Shown: positions 12,628 through 23,026, numbered from the stretch's first letter. The stretch: DNA of 64,000 nt from Deltaproteobacteria bacterium (GCA_026129095.1 JAHCIT010000001.1:186245-250244), one strand, 5' to 3'. Made by a program: numbers and translations. Notes: generated by a model not told the origin, from the sequence alone.

Positions 12628-13600
12628 GACGGCCCAGAATCTCCTGTGCCGCGGCAACAATGTTAGCGGTCTGAGGCAGGGCGGCCGCTTCCATATGCTT
12701 GGCGTAGGGCATCGGCACCTCGGCGCTGCAGACCCGGACTACCGGTGCATCCAGATCGTAAAAGGCCTTCTCCATGATCAGGGCGCTGATCTCTCCGGCA
12801 AAACTGCCAGTACGCCACATTTCATCCACAACCACGACACGGTGGGTCCGGGATACGGATTCGAGAATTGTCGCCTCATCAAGCGGCCTCAGGACGCGAA
12901 TATCCACCACTTCGGCACTGATTCCCGCGGTGGTGAGATCATCCGACGCCTGCAGCGCCTTCCCGAGAGAGCCCCCATAAGCGAAGATCGAGACATCCGT
13001 ACCAGCCCGCCGGATGGTGGAACGACTGATATCAACAGGCTGGAAGGGATCATCCACTTCGCCTTCGACCGGATAGAGCGTGGCATGCTCGAAGATAAAG
13101 ACTGGATCGGGATCCTCAATCGCGGCAACAAGCATGCCGCGGGCATCGTTTGGTGTGGCCGGAGCCAGCACCTTGATACCGGGCACATGGGCGTACCAGC
13201 CCTCAAGGCTGTGGGAGTGCTGGGCGGCGAGCTGGCGGCCGCCACCAGTCGCCATGCGCACGACAAGCGGCACGCTTATCTGGCCGCCCGACATGTGTCT
13301 GAGAGCGGCGGCAGAGTTCACGATCTGGTCCAGCGCGAGCATACTAAAATTGACGGTCATGATCTCCACGATGGGACGCATACCACCGATGGCAGCACCA
13401 ATACCGGCGCCAGTGAAGGTGGACTCCGACAGGGGAGTGTCCCGGATCCGGTCGGGCCCGAATTCGGCGAGCAGCCCCTTGCTGACAGCGAAGGCCCCGC
13501 CGTAGCGGCCCACATCCTCACCCATGAGGAAAACCCGCGGATCGCTTTTCAGGACATGGCGGAGTCCCTCCCTGACCGCCTCCCGGTAGGTCATCTTCAT
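12620..13600 (-). CDS. pdhB: pyruvate dehydrogenase E1 beta subunit
   Basis: GEDVG, DTPLSE, AAQHSHS motifs. Confidence 0.9.
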   Translation of the reverse strand: MKMTYREAVREGLRHVLKSDPRVFLMGEDVGRYGGAFAVSKGLLAEFGPDRIRDTPLSESTFTGAGIGAAIGGMRPIVEIMTVNFSMLALDQIVNSAAALRHMSGGQISVPLVVRMATGGGRQLAAQHSHSLEGWYAHVPGIKVLAPATPNDARGMLVAAIEDPDPVFIFEHATLYPVEGEVDDPFQPVDISRSTIRRAGTDVSIFAYGGSLGKALQASDDLTTAGISAEVVDIRVLRPLDEATILESVSRTHRVVVVDEMWRTGSFAGEISALIMEKAFYDLDAPVVRVCSAEVPMPYAKHMEAAALPQTANIVAAAQEILGRHG

Positions 13601-14646
13601 GACCGGGCTCCTGCGGGCGTGTAGACATCACGTGTCAGGTCTTCCACCGCTTCCCACTCACCCGACTCGGCGAACCGGACCGCCTCATCGATTTCTGCAG
13701 CGACCGATTTCTCAAGTTTTTCCACGTCCACATCGCCAACAAGGCCGGCATTGCGGAGGAGTAGCAGGAACGAAGAAATGGGATCCCGGGTCATCCATTC
13801 CGAAACCTCCTCCTTGCTCCGGTAGAGAACCGGATCGGCCATGGAGTGCCCCCGAAACCGGTAAGTCAGGATTTCCAGAAATCTCGGCGTACCGTCCCGG
13901 CGAATCGCCTTTGCGTTGCGCTCGACGGCGGCTTCGACAGCCAGCACATCCATGCCATCAACCTGTTCGGCGTGAACCCCGTAGACACGGGCGTGGGCGG
14001 CGATGTCACGCACAGACTCATGCCGATCCAGAGCGGTTCCCATGGCGTAGAGGTTGTTCTCGCAGATGAAAAGAACAGGCAGCTTCCAGAGCGAGGCCAT
14101 ATTCATGGACTCATGAAACTCGCCTTCGTCGACGGCACCGTCTCCGAAGAAGCAGGCAGTGACATGCGGCTTCGATTCCATTTTGTCGGCAAGGGCCAGT
14201 CCCACTGCAAACGGGATCCCGGCACCTACGATCGCATGGCCCCCATAGAACTTCCGCGAGACGTCGAACAGGTGCATGGAGCCGCCGCGTCCCCGGCTGC
14301 ACCCGTTTACTTTCCCGTACATCTCCGCCATGACAGTGCCGGGAGAAATGCCCCTTGAAATGGCATGCCCGTGTTCCCGGTAAGTCGCCACAACCGAATC
14401 GTCGGAGGTGAGACCGCGCATGGCGCCCACGCAAACCGCCTCTTCTCCAATATACAGGTGCAGAAACCCACGGATCTTGCCGAGGCTGTACAGCTCGTCG
14501 GCCTTCTCCTCAAACCGGCGAATCAGCATCATTTCCCGGACCAGCGACAGGGCATGGTCGCGAGAAGCAGGAACCCCCGGGCCCCTTTTGGGGGGCCGGG
14601 CGGAAGTCCTTTTCCGCTTTGCCGGCTTTCTCCGCTGGACAGCCAT
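13597..14646 (-). CDS. pdhA: pyruvate dehydrogenase E1 alpha subunit
   Basis: [21 protein letters not shown] motif GDGA...[14 protein letters not shown]. Confidence 0.92.
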   Translation of the reverse strand: MAVQRRKPAKRKRTSARPPKRGPGVPASRDHALSLVREMMLIRRFEEKADELYSLGKIRGFLHLYIGEEAVCVGAMRGLTSDDSVVATYREHGHAISRGISPGTVMAEMYGKVNGCSRGRGGSMHLFDVSRKFYGGHAIVGAGIPFAVGLALADKMESKPHVTACFFGDGAVDEGEFHESMNMASLWKLPVLFICENNLYAMGTALDRHESVRDIAAHARVYGVHAEQVDGMDVLAVEAAVERNAKAIRRDGTPRFLEILTYRFRGHSMADPVLYRSKEEVSEWMTRDPISSFLLLLRNAGLVGDVDVEKLEKSVAAEIDEAVRFAESGEWEAVEDLTRDVYTPAGARS

Positions 14647-14714
14647 TCTGTTACCCCGTGTTTGTACGCTTCCTTCTTTGTAACCGGCAGTCTGGGGCTT
14701 CCTTATGATCGATG

Positions 14715-15122
14715 TCAGGCCAGTTTTCCGTGCTCGATAACAACAAAAGCAGCCGCAATACCGCCGTCATGGGTAATCGAAAGATGCACACGCAACATGC
14801 CAAGTTTCCGGAGTTCCGATCCGAGCCGCCGGGAAAAGACGAATTCGGGTGCTCTCCGGCCAGTCGAGCGGATCTCCAGGTCTTTCCAGCCAAAACGCCG
14901 TTGCAGTGGCCCCGCTGATTTGTAGAATGCTTCCTTTGCGGCCCAGATTCCGGCCACACGTCGCCACCGGGCGCTTTCAGTCAGCCGTAAAGCACTTCGA
15001 TGCTCGCTGGCAGTGAATGCAGTATGCATAACTGCCGGCCGCCGCATGCAGGACCGGCGGAGCCGGCTCACATCGACAACATCAATTCCAATGCCCGAAA
15101 TGGAAACATCTGGATACCCCAT
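14715..15122 (-). CDS. acpS: holo-ACP synthase (4'-phosphopantetheinyl transferase)
   Basis: GIGIDVV, WAAKEA, LSITHD motifs. Confidence 0.85.
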   Translation of the reverse strand: MGYPDVSISGIGIDVVDVSRLRRSCMRRPAVMHTAFTASEHRSALRLTESARWRRVAGIWAAKEAFYKSAGPLQRRFGWKDLEIRSTGRRAPEFVFSRRLGSELRKLGMLRVHLSITHDGGIAAAFVVIEHGKLA

Positions 15123-15126
15123 GATC

Positions 15127-15603
15127 TCAGCCAGCGACGACTATCCTGGCCTCGACCGCAACAGGGAAATTCACCGAGTTCATGATGAAACATTGCTGAT
15201 GAGCCTTCTCATGCAGGGATAGTGCCCGGCTTTCGTCGTCGACGCTGGCGATAGTTACCCTCGGACGCAGGGTGGCATGGGTAAACTTCATGACTTCTCC
15301 AGACTTTTCGAGCGTACCGGATATTTCGTCTTCATAGGCCAGCACCCTCACCTTCGACAGGGAACAGATGGCCAGATAGGTAAGTGCATGGCAGGCGGCG
15401 AGGGACGCCATGAGAAGATCTTCGGGGTTGTGTTTTGACAGATCGCCCTTGTAGCCCGGCGCGGCGCTGGCGGTAATCGGTGCTTTGCCCTGCACTTCCA
15501 GCGCAAGATCGCGGGAGAAGCTACCATAGTCGAAAGCAGTACCGCTGGCACCTCCGGTCCATCTCAGCTTGCATCGGAACTCATGGGAAGCTGCTTCAGC
15601 CAT
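15127..15603 (-). CDS. OsmC family protein
   Basis: NPEDLLMASLAACH and AHQQCFIMNSV two-cysteine motifs. Confidence 0.88.
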   Translation of the reverse strand: MAEAASHEFRCKLRWTGGASGTAFDYGSFSRDLALEVQGKAPITASAAPGYKGDLSKHNPEDLLMASLAACHALTYLAICSLSKVRVLAYEDEISGTLEKSGEVMKFTHATLRPRVTIASVDDESRALSLHEKAHQQCFIMNSVNFPVAVEARIVVAG

Positions 15604-15725
15604 TGGCTATTACCTCCAAACAAGACACTATCCCTGCCCCCGAGCAGTTCCAGAAGGACTTTTGTCACTGTCTGATGACGATGCCTTGCCGACCGGAAGC
15701 GGATGTCCGAACGGAATAAAGAATC

Positions 15726-15750
15726 TGGTGGAGGCGCCGGGAATTGAACC
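15726..15750 (+). repeat. att site: duplicated 3' end of tmRNA (distal island boundary)
   Basis: tggtggaggcgccgggaattgaacc, identical to 56675-56699. Confidence 0.95.
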
Positions 15751-15873
15751 ACCTGGGCGCTGCCACATAGATGAGCAATTTCGCGGTCTTGGCCAACTAA
15801 CTGCAGAATTTTGCTTAGTAATTTTTCCGATCCAGTTTGCCCGATTCTGGAGCAGTCGGAACCCGTCGGACGG

Positions 15874-15994
15874 GCTGGCGGCACACTGACGGCACATCAA
15901 CGGCGCACAACACACCGGCGTCGCATGCACGGCGCCGGGTTAGATACCCGGCGCCGTCGGATCTAGTTGGACGAGCTGGCGGCACACTGGCGGC
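15874..15994 (+). repeat. putative integrase arm-type binding repeats
   Basis: cggcacactgacggcacat (15879-15897) is identical to 56601-56619; related gctggcggcacactggcggc at 15975-15994. Confidence 0.65.
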
Positions 15995-16080
15995 TCCTGG
16001 TTGCCTGTTTTTGCGCGTACTAAAGAGCCGATTACCGCTCCACCGATGTATTTTGATTGCCCTCAACCGCCCGTTCTTCA

Positions 16081-16160
16081 AAGTAAAGGATCCTTTACTT
16101 TGCCGGATGCTTAGTAAAGGATCCTTTACTAGCGAAATCCGTTAGGAAAGGATCCTTTAC
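16081..16160. promoter_or_regulatory. three palindromic operators upstream of the Fic gene
   Basis: aagtaaaggatcctttactt (16081-16100) and tagtaaaggatcctttacta (16112-16131) are perfect palindromes; aaaggatcctttac at 16147-16160. Confidence 0.7.
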
Positions 16161-16169
16161 CAAGCTGCC

Positions 16170-17321
16170 ATGCGCACGTCCGGCCACAACGAGGAAACTG
16201 CTGTCGCAGGCGAGAAGGTCGGCGCGTTTGTTCCTTTACCCCTGCCCCCCAAGGATCCGCCTTTACGCATCGAAGGCGAACTGGCTACTGCACTTCAGCG
16301 GGCCGAACAGTCCCTTGCACGGCTTGAACTGGCTGGTGAAATGATCCCTTCAAAGGAGTGGTTCCTGTACGCTTTCATGCGAAAAGAGGCCGTTCTGTCG
16401 TCCCAGATCGAGGGTACGCAGGCGACTCTGATGGACCTCCTCAATTTCGAAGCCGGCGGATCGCTTTCCGGCGCAGACGAAACGGATATTCTGGAAGTCT
16501 GCAATTATCTGGATGCGCTCAAATACGCCCGGGCCGAGCTCGCCAAAGCGACAGGTTTACCTGTTTCTATGCGGCTGCTGAACGAAACCCACAAACGTCT
16601 TCTCAAAGGCGTGCGGGGCAGGAGTAAACAGCCCGGCGAAATCCGTCGAAGCCAGAACTGGATTGGCGGCAATCGGCCGGGAACTGCTGTATTTGTACCT
16701 CCGCCCCCACATCGGCTCGCCGGACTTCTCAGTAACCTGGAAAACTACATCCACAAGGACGATGCACTTCCTCCCCTCGTCCGGGCCGGACTCATCCATG
16801 TACAGTTTGAGACCATACATCCCTATCTCGACGGAAACGGACGTATCGGACGGCTCCTGATCACGCTTCTCCTCGAAGAATGGAAACTGCTTTCCGAACC
16901 GCTCCTTTATCTGAGTCTTTATTTCAAACGGAACCAACGTGACTATTATGACCGGCTGAACCGGGTGCGAACCCAAGGCGACTGGGAAAGCTGGCTGGGC
17001 TACTTCCTTACTGGAATTGCAGAAATTGCCGATGAAGCAGTGGACACTTCACGAGAACTGTTCGCAGTCGTCAGCCGCGACCGGGCGAAACTGCTGAAGG
17101 CAAAGGACAGCTCGGTAATGAGTATCCGCCTGTTTGAAGAACTCCCGCGCCGTCCGGTGGTCACGATGCCGGCCGTCGTGAGGGCTCTGCAAACGACCAA
17201 ACCGACTGCGGCCAAGGCAATCAACGTCCTTGAGAGCATCGGTATTCTGATTGAAGAAACCGGCCGAGGACGCGACCGGACCTGGAGATACAAGCACTAT
17301 CTGGACCGCCTGGGCCAGTAA
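16170..17321 (+). CDS. Fic family protein with N-terminal Fic-associated domain and C-terminal wHTH
   Basis: EAVLSSQIEGT and HPYLDGNGRIGR Fic motif. Confidence 0.9.
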   Translation: MRTSGHNEETAVAGEKVGAFVPLPLPPKDPPLRIEGELATALQRAEQSLARLELAGEMIPSKEWFLYAFMRKEAVLSSQIEGTQATLMDLLNFEAGGSLSGADETDILEVCNYLDALKYARAELAKATGLPVSMRLLNETHKRLLKGVRGRSKQPGEIRRSQNWIGGNRPGTAVFVPPPPHRLAGLLSNLENYIHKDDALPPLVRAGLIHVQFETIHPYLDGNGRIGRLLITLLLEEWKLLSEPLLYLSLYFKRNQRDYYDRLNRVRTQGDWESWLGYFLTGIAEIADEAVDTSRELFAVVSRDRAKLLKAKDSSVMSIRLFEELPRRPVVTMPAVVRALQTTKPTAAKAINVLESIGILIEETGRGRDRTWRYKHYLDRLGQ

Positions 17322-17365
17322 CATAGCCATGACGGTCCCTGCCCTTTGGCAGGAGATCTAAACCA

Positions 17366-18595
17366 TCAGAACCGGTCGGGGAAAAGCCCCGGAAGCCACC
17401 GCGATGCCAGTCTGGCCGGAAACACAAGTCGTAGTGGCGAACGCGGGCTTTCGGATGACAGAACGCCGTTCTCCACCAGCGAGGAAACGATCCGGCGGCC
17501 GTGGCGGTCGCTGGCACCAACTACGGAGGCGATGTCGGAGCGAGGCAGCTCCCCCCGGTACAGAATCGCATCCAGAACGCTACCGGATTTAGGCGGAAGC
17601 CGTCCCAAGCGGATTTCTTCTTCCACCCACAGGCGGATTCGAACGCTCAGACGCTCCGGCTGCACCAGTTCCCCCATAAAGGCGACCTGATCACGGCAAA
17701 CCTCCAGGAAGAACCGGGTAAAGTCCGCAAGCGCCTCCTCGCTCAGGTTTCCCCGTCCGTCGAGACTGTTCCGCCGCGGTAGATCGCAATTGGCCAGAAG
17801 ACTCTTGTATTTCTCCACGCTCCGGGCGAGCCCGCGGGCGACCGACCAGACCCCGCCCGTGTCGAGCGTCTCCAGCAGCATTCCATGCGACATCAGCCGT
17901 GCGACACGTCCGTTTCCATCCAGGAATGGATGAACCCATAACAGGCGGTGATGGGCAGCAGCGGTCGAGACAATCAAATCGACTTTCCCAAGCCGCACAT
18001 AGGCCTCTTCGAAATGGGTCATAAACCGGGGCAGTGAACCCGGACTCACCGGAATATGGCCGCCGACTTTCACGTCGTGCTTCCGGAATTCGCCCGGTTC
18101 GACCCTGTGACGCTCTCCCGTTTGCGGATCCTCCGCCCACAGGAGAGTCTCCGGCAATGCTTCGCAGAACCGGCGGTGGATGTCGCGTATGCCATCCACC
18201 TTCGCCACACGGCCCGAAAGCCCGCCTTCGTCGATCCACTTCTGAATGGCGATATGCGCCTTCGCTCCGAACTGGAGATCCCGCTTGCGGCTGTCGTCGC
18301 TGTAGTCGTTATTCAGCGCCCGCTCGATATCGACCGGGTGAGTATCGTGGCCTTCGATGAGATTGCTGAAGTAGCAGTTCATGGACCGGACGAGAGCTGC
18401 AAGCGCAGCCCGGACACCAGCCGGCAGGCTGCTCCGAAAGCCGGCTGACCGGGCCGCAAGTTGCAGTGCCATATCCGACAAATCGGCCCGGTGACGGGAA
18501 CCGTCGCCGATCCGCATCGGCTCCATGAGCGAAGGGTTTTCACCCCGGTCTTCAGCGGCCCGAACAGGCCGTTTTATGTCCGCTTTCGTGCCCAC
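17366..18595 (-). CDS. Fic family protein with C-terminal HTH (start uncertain)
   Basis: SNLIEG and HPFLDGNGRVAR Fic motif. Confidence 0.88.
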   Translation of the reverse strand: MGTKADIKRPVRAAEDRGENPSLMEPMRIGDGSRHRADLSDMALQLAARSAGFRSSLPAGVRAALAALVRSMNCYFSNLIEGHDTHPVDIERALNNDYSDDSRKRDLQFGAKAHIAIQKWIDEGGLSGRVAKVDGIRDIHRRFCEALPETLLWAEDPQTGERHRVEPGEFRKHDVKVGGHIPVSPGSLPRFMTHFEEAYVRLGKVDLIVSTAAAHHRLLWVHPFLDGNGRVARLMSHGMLLETLDTGGVWSVARGLARSVEKYKSLLANCDLPRRNSLDGRGNLSEEALADFTRFFLEVCRDQVAFMGELVQPERLSVRIRLWVEEEIRLGRLPPKSGSVLDAILYRGELPRSDIASVVGASDRHGRRIVSSLVENGVLSSESPRSPLRLVFPARLASRWLPGLFPDRF

Positions 18596-18850
18596 GATAA
18601 TTTCATTATTATCATATACTTATACTATTTCATAGATCATCCATGTCCGTTTATTTGGCCGCTATTAGAGCCTTACATTGAGGCCGGAAGAGGCCGGTCC
18701 GTCGGCCGGGGCTTCTACGACGAAATAACTTGGGCTGTCAGCGAACATAAGCGGGTATCGCCTGTGCCTGTCCTGCGAATAGTATGAGATAAGCTGATAC
18801 CAAGACCCTGATCGCTCACTTACGAAACTCAACCTGTGGTTAAGTAATGT

Positions 18851-20623
18851 GTGACGTTCTCAAGATCCAAATCTCCCCCTCCCCCGAGACAGTTGAAACG
18901 GACCAGCACCGCGAATTATTCCGCCGGAATGACGGGGCCTTTTCTTCCCTATGACCGCATCCGCGAGCTGGCGGGCGACCCGAAGATGTTCGCCCGCGGG
19001 GAGAAATATTTTGCCGAAGGGCAGGTGACGAAACTGGAACTTTCGGGGAACCGCCTGGCCGCCAGAGTCGAAGGGACCGATACCTACCGGGTCTCCATCA
19101 GCCTCGACGGCCAAAAGGTTTCCCATTCCTGCACCTGCCCCGTCGGGGATGACGGCCTGTTCTGCAAGCATTGCGTCGCTGCCGCACTGGCGGCGATGTC
19201 GGAACCGGATAGCGGTCGCGCCACGCCGTCCGCTGAGCAGTGGCTTCAGTCCCGCTCCCGTGGGGAGCTGCTGGAGATCGTCCTGGCAGCCCGGCACCAG
19301 AACCCCGAATTCGCCGATTACATCGACCTTCTGACCGAAACGTCATCGGAGAGCGGTACGGCCATCCTGTTCGACAAGCTTGAGAAGGCGTTTCTGTCCG
19401 GCGGGAAGTTCGTGAACTGGGCGCGGGCGACTGGCTATAGCCGCAAGATTCACCAGATCGTCGACTCCCTGGCGGAAGTGTTGCGCCGCGTCCCTCAAGA
19501 CGAAATCACCGTTGAGCGGCTGGAATCCGCGATCAAGGCTGCGGAGAAACGCCTGGATGGCATCGACGACAGCGACGGGCAATACCATCCAGTCATCGAC
19601 AGGCTCGAAGAGCTTCATCTGGAAGCCTGCCGGAAGGCCCGGCCCGACCCGGTGAAACTTGCCGGAAGACTTTTCCGGATGGAACTCCAGAGCGGCTGGG
19701 AAACCTTTGACGGCGCCCTGGAAACCTACCGGGAGGTTCTCGGAACACGCAGACTCAAGGAATACCGCAAACTGGCGGAGGCCGAATGGAAAACCCTGAA
19801 ACCCATCGGCCCCGGCGGCAAGGATCCCGAACAGTATGGGCGTCGCGCCCGCCTCGAACAGGTCATGCTGAAGCTCGCGGAACAGGAGAAAGACTGGCGG
19901 CGGAAGGTCCGGATCCTCTCCCTCGACCTGTCGATGCCTAACCGTTACCGGAAGATATTCGAGTTGTGCCTCGAAAACGGAGACCGGGATTCCGCCCTCG
20001 AATGGGCCCGGCGCGGCTGGGAGGATCTGCCCGAATATCGCGACCACGAATTCGCCGTTTTTCTCTGTCAGGAGTATTTCCGCCGCAAACAGGCCGGCGA
20101 CGCACTTCCCATTGCCTGGCAGATGTTCGAGCGGCATCCCGGTCTGGAAAGCTACCGGTTCCTGAAAGTTCAGGCGGACCAGGCGAAGCGGTGGACGGAA
20201 TGGCGCGAACGCACGTGGGATCATCTTCAGGGGAAGACCATGCAGCAGGAGGCCCAAAGATCCCGTGGTGGCCGGTCCGCAGAGGTCGAAATCCTGCTCT
20301 GGGAAGGTAAACCCGAAGAAGCCTGGACAATCGCCAACGCCGGCGGCTGCTATGACTATTTATGGCAGCAGCTTGCGGAAAACCGCGAGAAGCCCCATCC
20401 CGATGACGCGGTTCGTATCTATCAGACCCAGCTCGAAAAAACGCTCCGCATCACGGGCAACGACAGTTACAAGGAAGCGGTCAGACTCCTGCGCCGGATC
20501 CAGCACACCCTGAAACCGGCTAAACGCACAGACGATTTCATTCAGGTTCTCGCGTCCGTGAAAACCGCGCACAAGGCGAAGCGCAACCTGATGAAAATGA
20601 TCGACGCGGAAAAGTGGGATTGA
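18851..20623 (+). CDS. SWIM zinc-finger protein with alpha-helical C-terminus (start may be ATG 18929)
   Basis: CTCPVGDDGLFCKH SWIM motif; FARGEKY N-terminus. Confidence 0.8.
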   Translation: MTFSRSKSPPPPRQLKRTSTANYSAGMTGPFLPYDRIRELAGDPKMFARGEKYFAEGQVTKLELSGNRLAARVEGTDTYRVSISLDGQKVSHSCTCPVGDDGLFCKHCVAAALAAMSEPDSGRATPSAEQWLQSRSRGELLEIVLAARHQNPEFADYIDLLTETSSESGTAILFDKLEKAFLSGGKFVNWARATGYSRKIHQIVDSLAEVLRRVPQDEITVERLESAIKAAEKRLDGIDDSDGQYHPVIDRLEELHLEACRKARPDPVKLAGRLFRMELQSGWETFDGALETYREVLGTRRLKEYRKLAEAEWKTLKPIGPGGKDPEQYGRRARLEQVMLKLAEQEKDWRRKVRILSLDLSMPNRYRKIFELCLENGDRDSALEWARRGWEDLPEYRDHEFAVFLCQEYFRRKQAGDALPIAWQMFERHPGLESYRFLKVQADQAKRWTEWRERTWDHLQGKTMQQEAQRSRGGRSAEVEILLWEGKPEEAWTIANAGGCYDYLWQQLAENREKPHPDDAVRIYQTQLEKTLRITGNDSYKEAVRLLRRIQHTLKPAKRTDDFIQVLASVKTAHKAKRNLMKMIDAEKWD

Positions 20624-20630
20624 GGCCGCT

Positions 20631-21878
20631 TCACAGCCCTTCCTGATGGGCTTCCAGCCATCCGGCCCGGCGCCGGATCTCCAGAATGATCTTCCGGATG
20701 ATTCCCTTGCTGGCTGGTAGTCCCAGCTGGCCGGCGGCATTTGGAGCCTCCGTCATTACGCGGGCCGCCAGTTCCGCGCTCCGCTTCTTCAGCAAGGACG
20801 GCATCACCTTCACATCGGCCGCGAACTTGCGCCAGTGCTTTTCATGCACCCACTCAGCCCGGTATTCGCCGCCAATGGACATGGCCATTTTGGGGTCCAG
20901 TTCCCGGTAGACGGCCGTACTCAGCAGATCATAGAACGGCGCCAGCCGCATACGGCCTCCCTCACCGGCCAGCAAGGCCAGGTTCTTTCCATGGGCGTCT
21001 GCATTTCCAATCAGGAAATTGAATATCACCCAGTCGATCACCTTGAGCTGATCCACGCCCGGTACTGTTGTGTGCTGGTTAATCAGGTCGAAGATGTCCT
21101 TGAAACCCGGCCCTCCGTCCCGCTGGTACTTCTGGTCCGGAAGGACTCCAGCGAGCTGGCAGAAGTCGAGCTGATGCAAGCGCCTGATCCGGTTTTTCTC
21201 TATGGTCCGGTCGTACCTGCGAATCACCAGCACGTCCGGCGGCAAACGGACTGTTTCGGCCCCAACCGCATTCAGGCCGGCCCTGGCAGCAAGTGCCAGA
21301 CAAAACGCCTCGTTCTCGACCGACTCCGGGATATCCGAAACGGGCTGGATTGCCGGTTTGAGAATATGAGTAGACGCCGCGCCGTCTTTCGGTAACGAGA
21401 ACTTGCCGCCATCCCATTTCACCGGGATCTTGTCCTGCGCACCCGCCAGCGACAGCCTGAGTTCGCCGTGCTGCGCAAGTAACGGGAGCCGTTTCCCGAG
21501 CCGTTCGATATCCGCCCGGATCATGGCCGGAGAATAAGGCGCATAAGACGCCTTTCGCGTCCGCTTCACGCCACCCGGTGTGATCGAAAAGGCGCCGGCT
21601 GCGTCCTCCCCCAGCGCTTCCAGCTGGGCGTACAAGTCACCAGCCGGAATCTGCTTGAGCTTAAGGATTGCGGAAAGAACCGGTCCTTCCGGAAGCAGAT
21701 TGCTGAAGAACAGAGCGACCGGGTCGTTGTCGTAAGGCTCCGGCCGGAGCGGAAGGCGGGGGCTCAGCGGAAAGGCCGCATCCGCCTTCAGCCAGGCGGG
21801 ATCGTACGTGAACTGGAGCCGCCGCTTGTCAGCGATGATCGTGCCGACCGGTTCGGTTTCATGCCAGACCTTCAGCAC
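20631..21878 (-). CDS. hipA: HipA family Ser/Thr kinase toxin
   Basis: FFSNLLPEG, LSLAGAQDK, HILKP, GNADAHGKN, LAPFYD. Confidence 0.92.
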   Translation of the reverse strand: MLKVWHETEPVGTIIADKRRLQFTYDPAWLKADAAFPLSPRLPLRPEPYDNDPVALFFSNLLPEGPVLSAILKLKQIPAGDLYAQLEALGEDAAGAFSITPGGVKRTRKASYAPYSPAMIRADIERLGKRLPLLAQHGELRLSLAGAQDKIPVKWDGGKFSLPKDGAASTHILKPAIQPVSDIPESVENEAFCLALAARAGLNAVGAETVRLPPDVLVIRRYDRTIEKNRIRRLHQLDFCQLAGVLPDQKYQRDGGPGFKDIFDLINQHTTVPGVDQLKVIDWVIFNFLIGNADAHGKNLALLAGEGGRMRLAPFYDLLSTAVYRELDPKMAMSIGGEYRAEWVHEKHWRKFAADVKVMPSLLKKRSAELAARVMTEAPNAAGQLGLPASKGIIRKIILEIRRRAGWLEAHQEGL

Positions 21879-21880
21879 AG

Positions 21881-22120
21881 CTATTTCTCCAGCGCCCTGA
21901 GCCGGAGCCCGAGCGCCCGCATCACCCGGCCGGTATTTCCAAGCGAAACGCCCGGCTTTCCGTTTTCCAGCTGGATGATGAACTCCCGCCCTACGCCCGA
22001 CACGAGCGCCAGTTCCTCCTGGGTCATTTCCGCGCGGACTCTGGACGCGCGGATGGTATCGCCCAGCTCCAGCAGCATGGGGTCGTCCCCCGTCGTCGCA
22101 TGGCGACGACGCTTGGGCAT
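21881..22120 (-). CDS. HipB-like XRE HTH antitoxin
   Basis: MTQEELALVSGVGREFIIQLENGK HTH directly upstream of hipA; ATG 22120 preferred as start. Confidence 0.85.
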   Translation of the reverse strand: MPKRRRHATTGDDPMLLELGDTIRASRVRAEMTQEELALVSGVGREFIIQLENGKPGVSLGNTGRVMRALGLRLRALEK

Positions 22121-22367
22121 AATGTCTTCTTTAACCGACTTTCTCATCATAACGACCGGCTTCGCCATAGAAGTCGGCTATAGGCAACTTATAAAGGATA
22201 GCGGCCCGCAAAGCAAAGAGGTGGGGTATAGGCGACTTTTCTGGAAGGTGGTGGAGGCGCAGCTGATCCGAGAAGTCGCCAAAAGCCCTACCGATCCAGC
22301 AACATTACGAGCCCATGCCATGACATTTTGGGTTGGCTGACCTGACCTGACCTTGACCTTCCCCCCA

Positions 22368-22424
22368 TTAACACTCGAAGTGGCTCCGAAAAGCAGGGTT
22401 GGTCACGGGATTCCTCTTCGTCAC
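22368..22424 (-). pseudogene. possible 5' remnant of an AbiEii toxin gene
   Basis: GTGA overlap with the abiEi stop; reads MTKRNPVTNPAFRSHFEC*, where AbiEii normally begins. Confidence 0.4.
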
Positions 22425-23026
22425 GTCATCGCCTCAAGGTACGGCCGCATCACGTTCTGAACACGGCAGACGGCAGCATACCGCCACAGATCATCGGTCT
22501 TTCCCCGGTATTTGCGTAGATAGTCGCGCAGGGCTTCGAGGGCGACTTCAAGCCCGATCTTGTTCCGGTACTTGAAACAATCAGCCACGGTCTTGGCTGC
22601 CGAATATATCCTGACATCAATATTTTCGATCCGGTGGAGTTCCACACCCTCGGCGAGCGCATTACCCGAAAACCGGACGATCCGAAGCGGCGGGTGATCG
22701 ACCCTCGGTCGCTGCGCCTTTACATCGACTGCAATCCACACCTCAAATGGCGCCTGAGTGGTCAGGCCATGGAAACGAAGCGCAGACAGAAGGCATACCG
22801 TACCTTTCGGCACTTTTTTGCCCGCTTCCGCCAGGGAATGGAACTCCGTCACCCGGAATTTCGGGAGGCTATATAGACCTCGCCCTGTCCGATCGAGCTT
22901 GCCCTGCCGCACAAGCCGCTGGAGGTAGACCGGTGCTATCCCGTACGCCGCAAGGTCACGGGGACGAAACGCCCCCGATTTCCGGGCATATTGCAGGATT
23001 TTTTCGGACGGAGAATACGCAGCCAT
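22421..23026 (-). CDS. AbiEi-family type IV TA antitoxin / transcriptional regulator
   Basis: GRGLY, CLLSALRFHGLTTQ, KTVADCFKYRNKIG, VMRPYLEA. Confidence 0.85.
   Translation of the reverse strand: MAAYSPSEKILQYARKSGAFRPRDLAAYGIAPVYLQRLVRQGKLDRTGRGLYSLPKFRVTEFHSLAEAGKKVPKGTVCLLSALRFHGLTTQAPFEVWIAVDVKAQRPRVDHPPLRIVRFSGNALAEGVELHRIENIDVRIYSAAKTVADCFKYRNKIGLEVALEALRDYLRKYRGKTDDLWRYAAVCRVQNVMRPYLEAMT

Noticed and set aside
15726-15750. tRNA gene
   Set aside because: Only a T-arm/acceptor 3' fragment; it is the duplicated ssrA end (att site).
18567-18664. Short tgtccg/ggccg direct repeats around the second Fic start
   Set aside because: Too short and degenerate to assign; possibly operators but not supportable.
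22320-22336. Half-site atgaca upstream of hipB
   Set aside because: No second half-site and wrong spacing to a -10.
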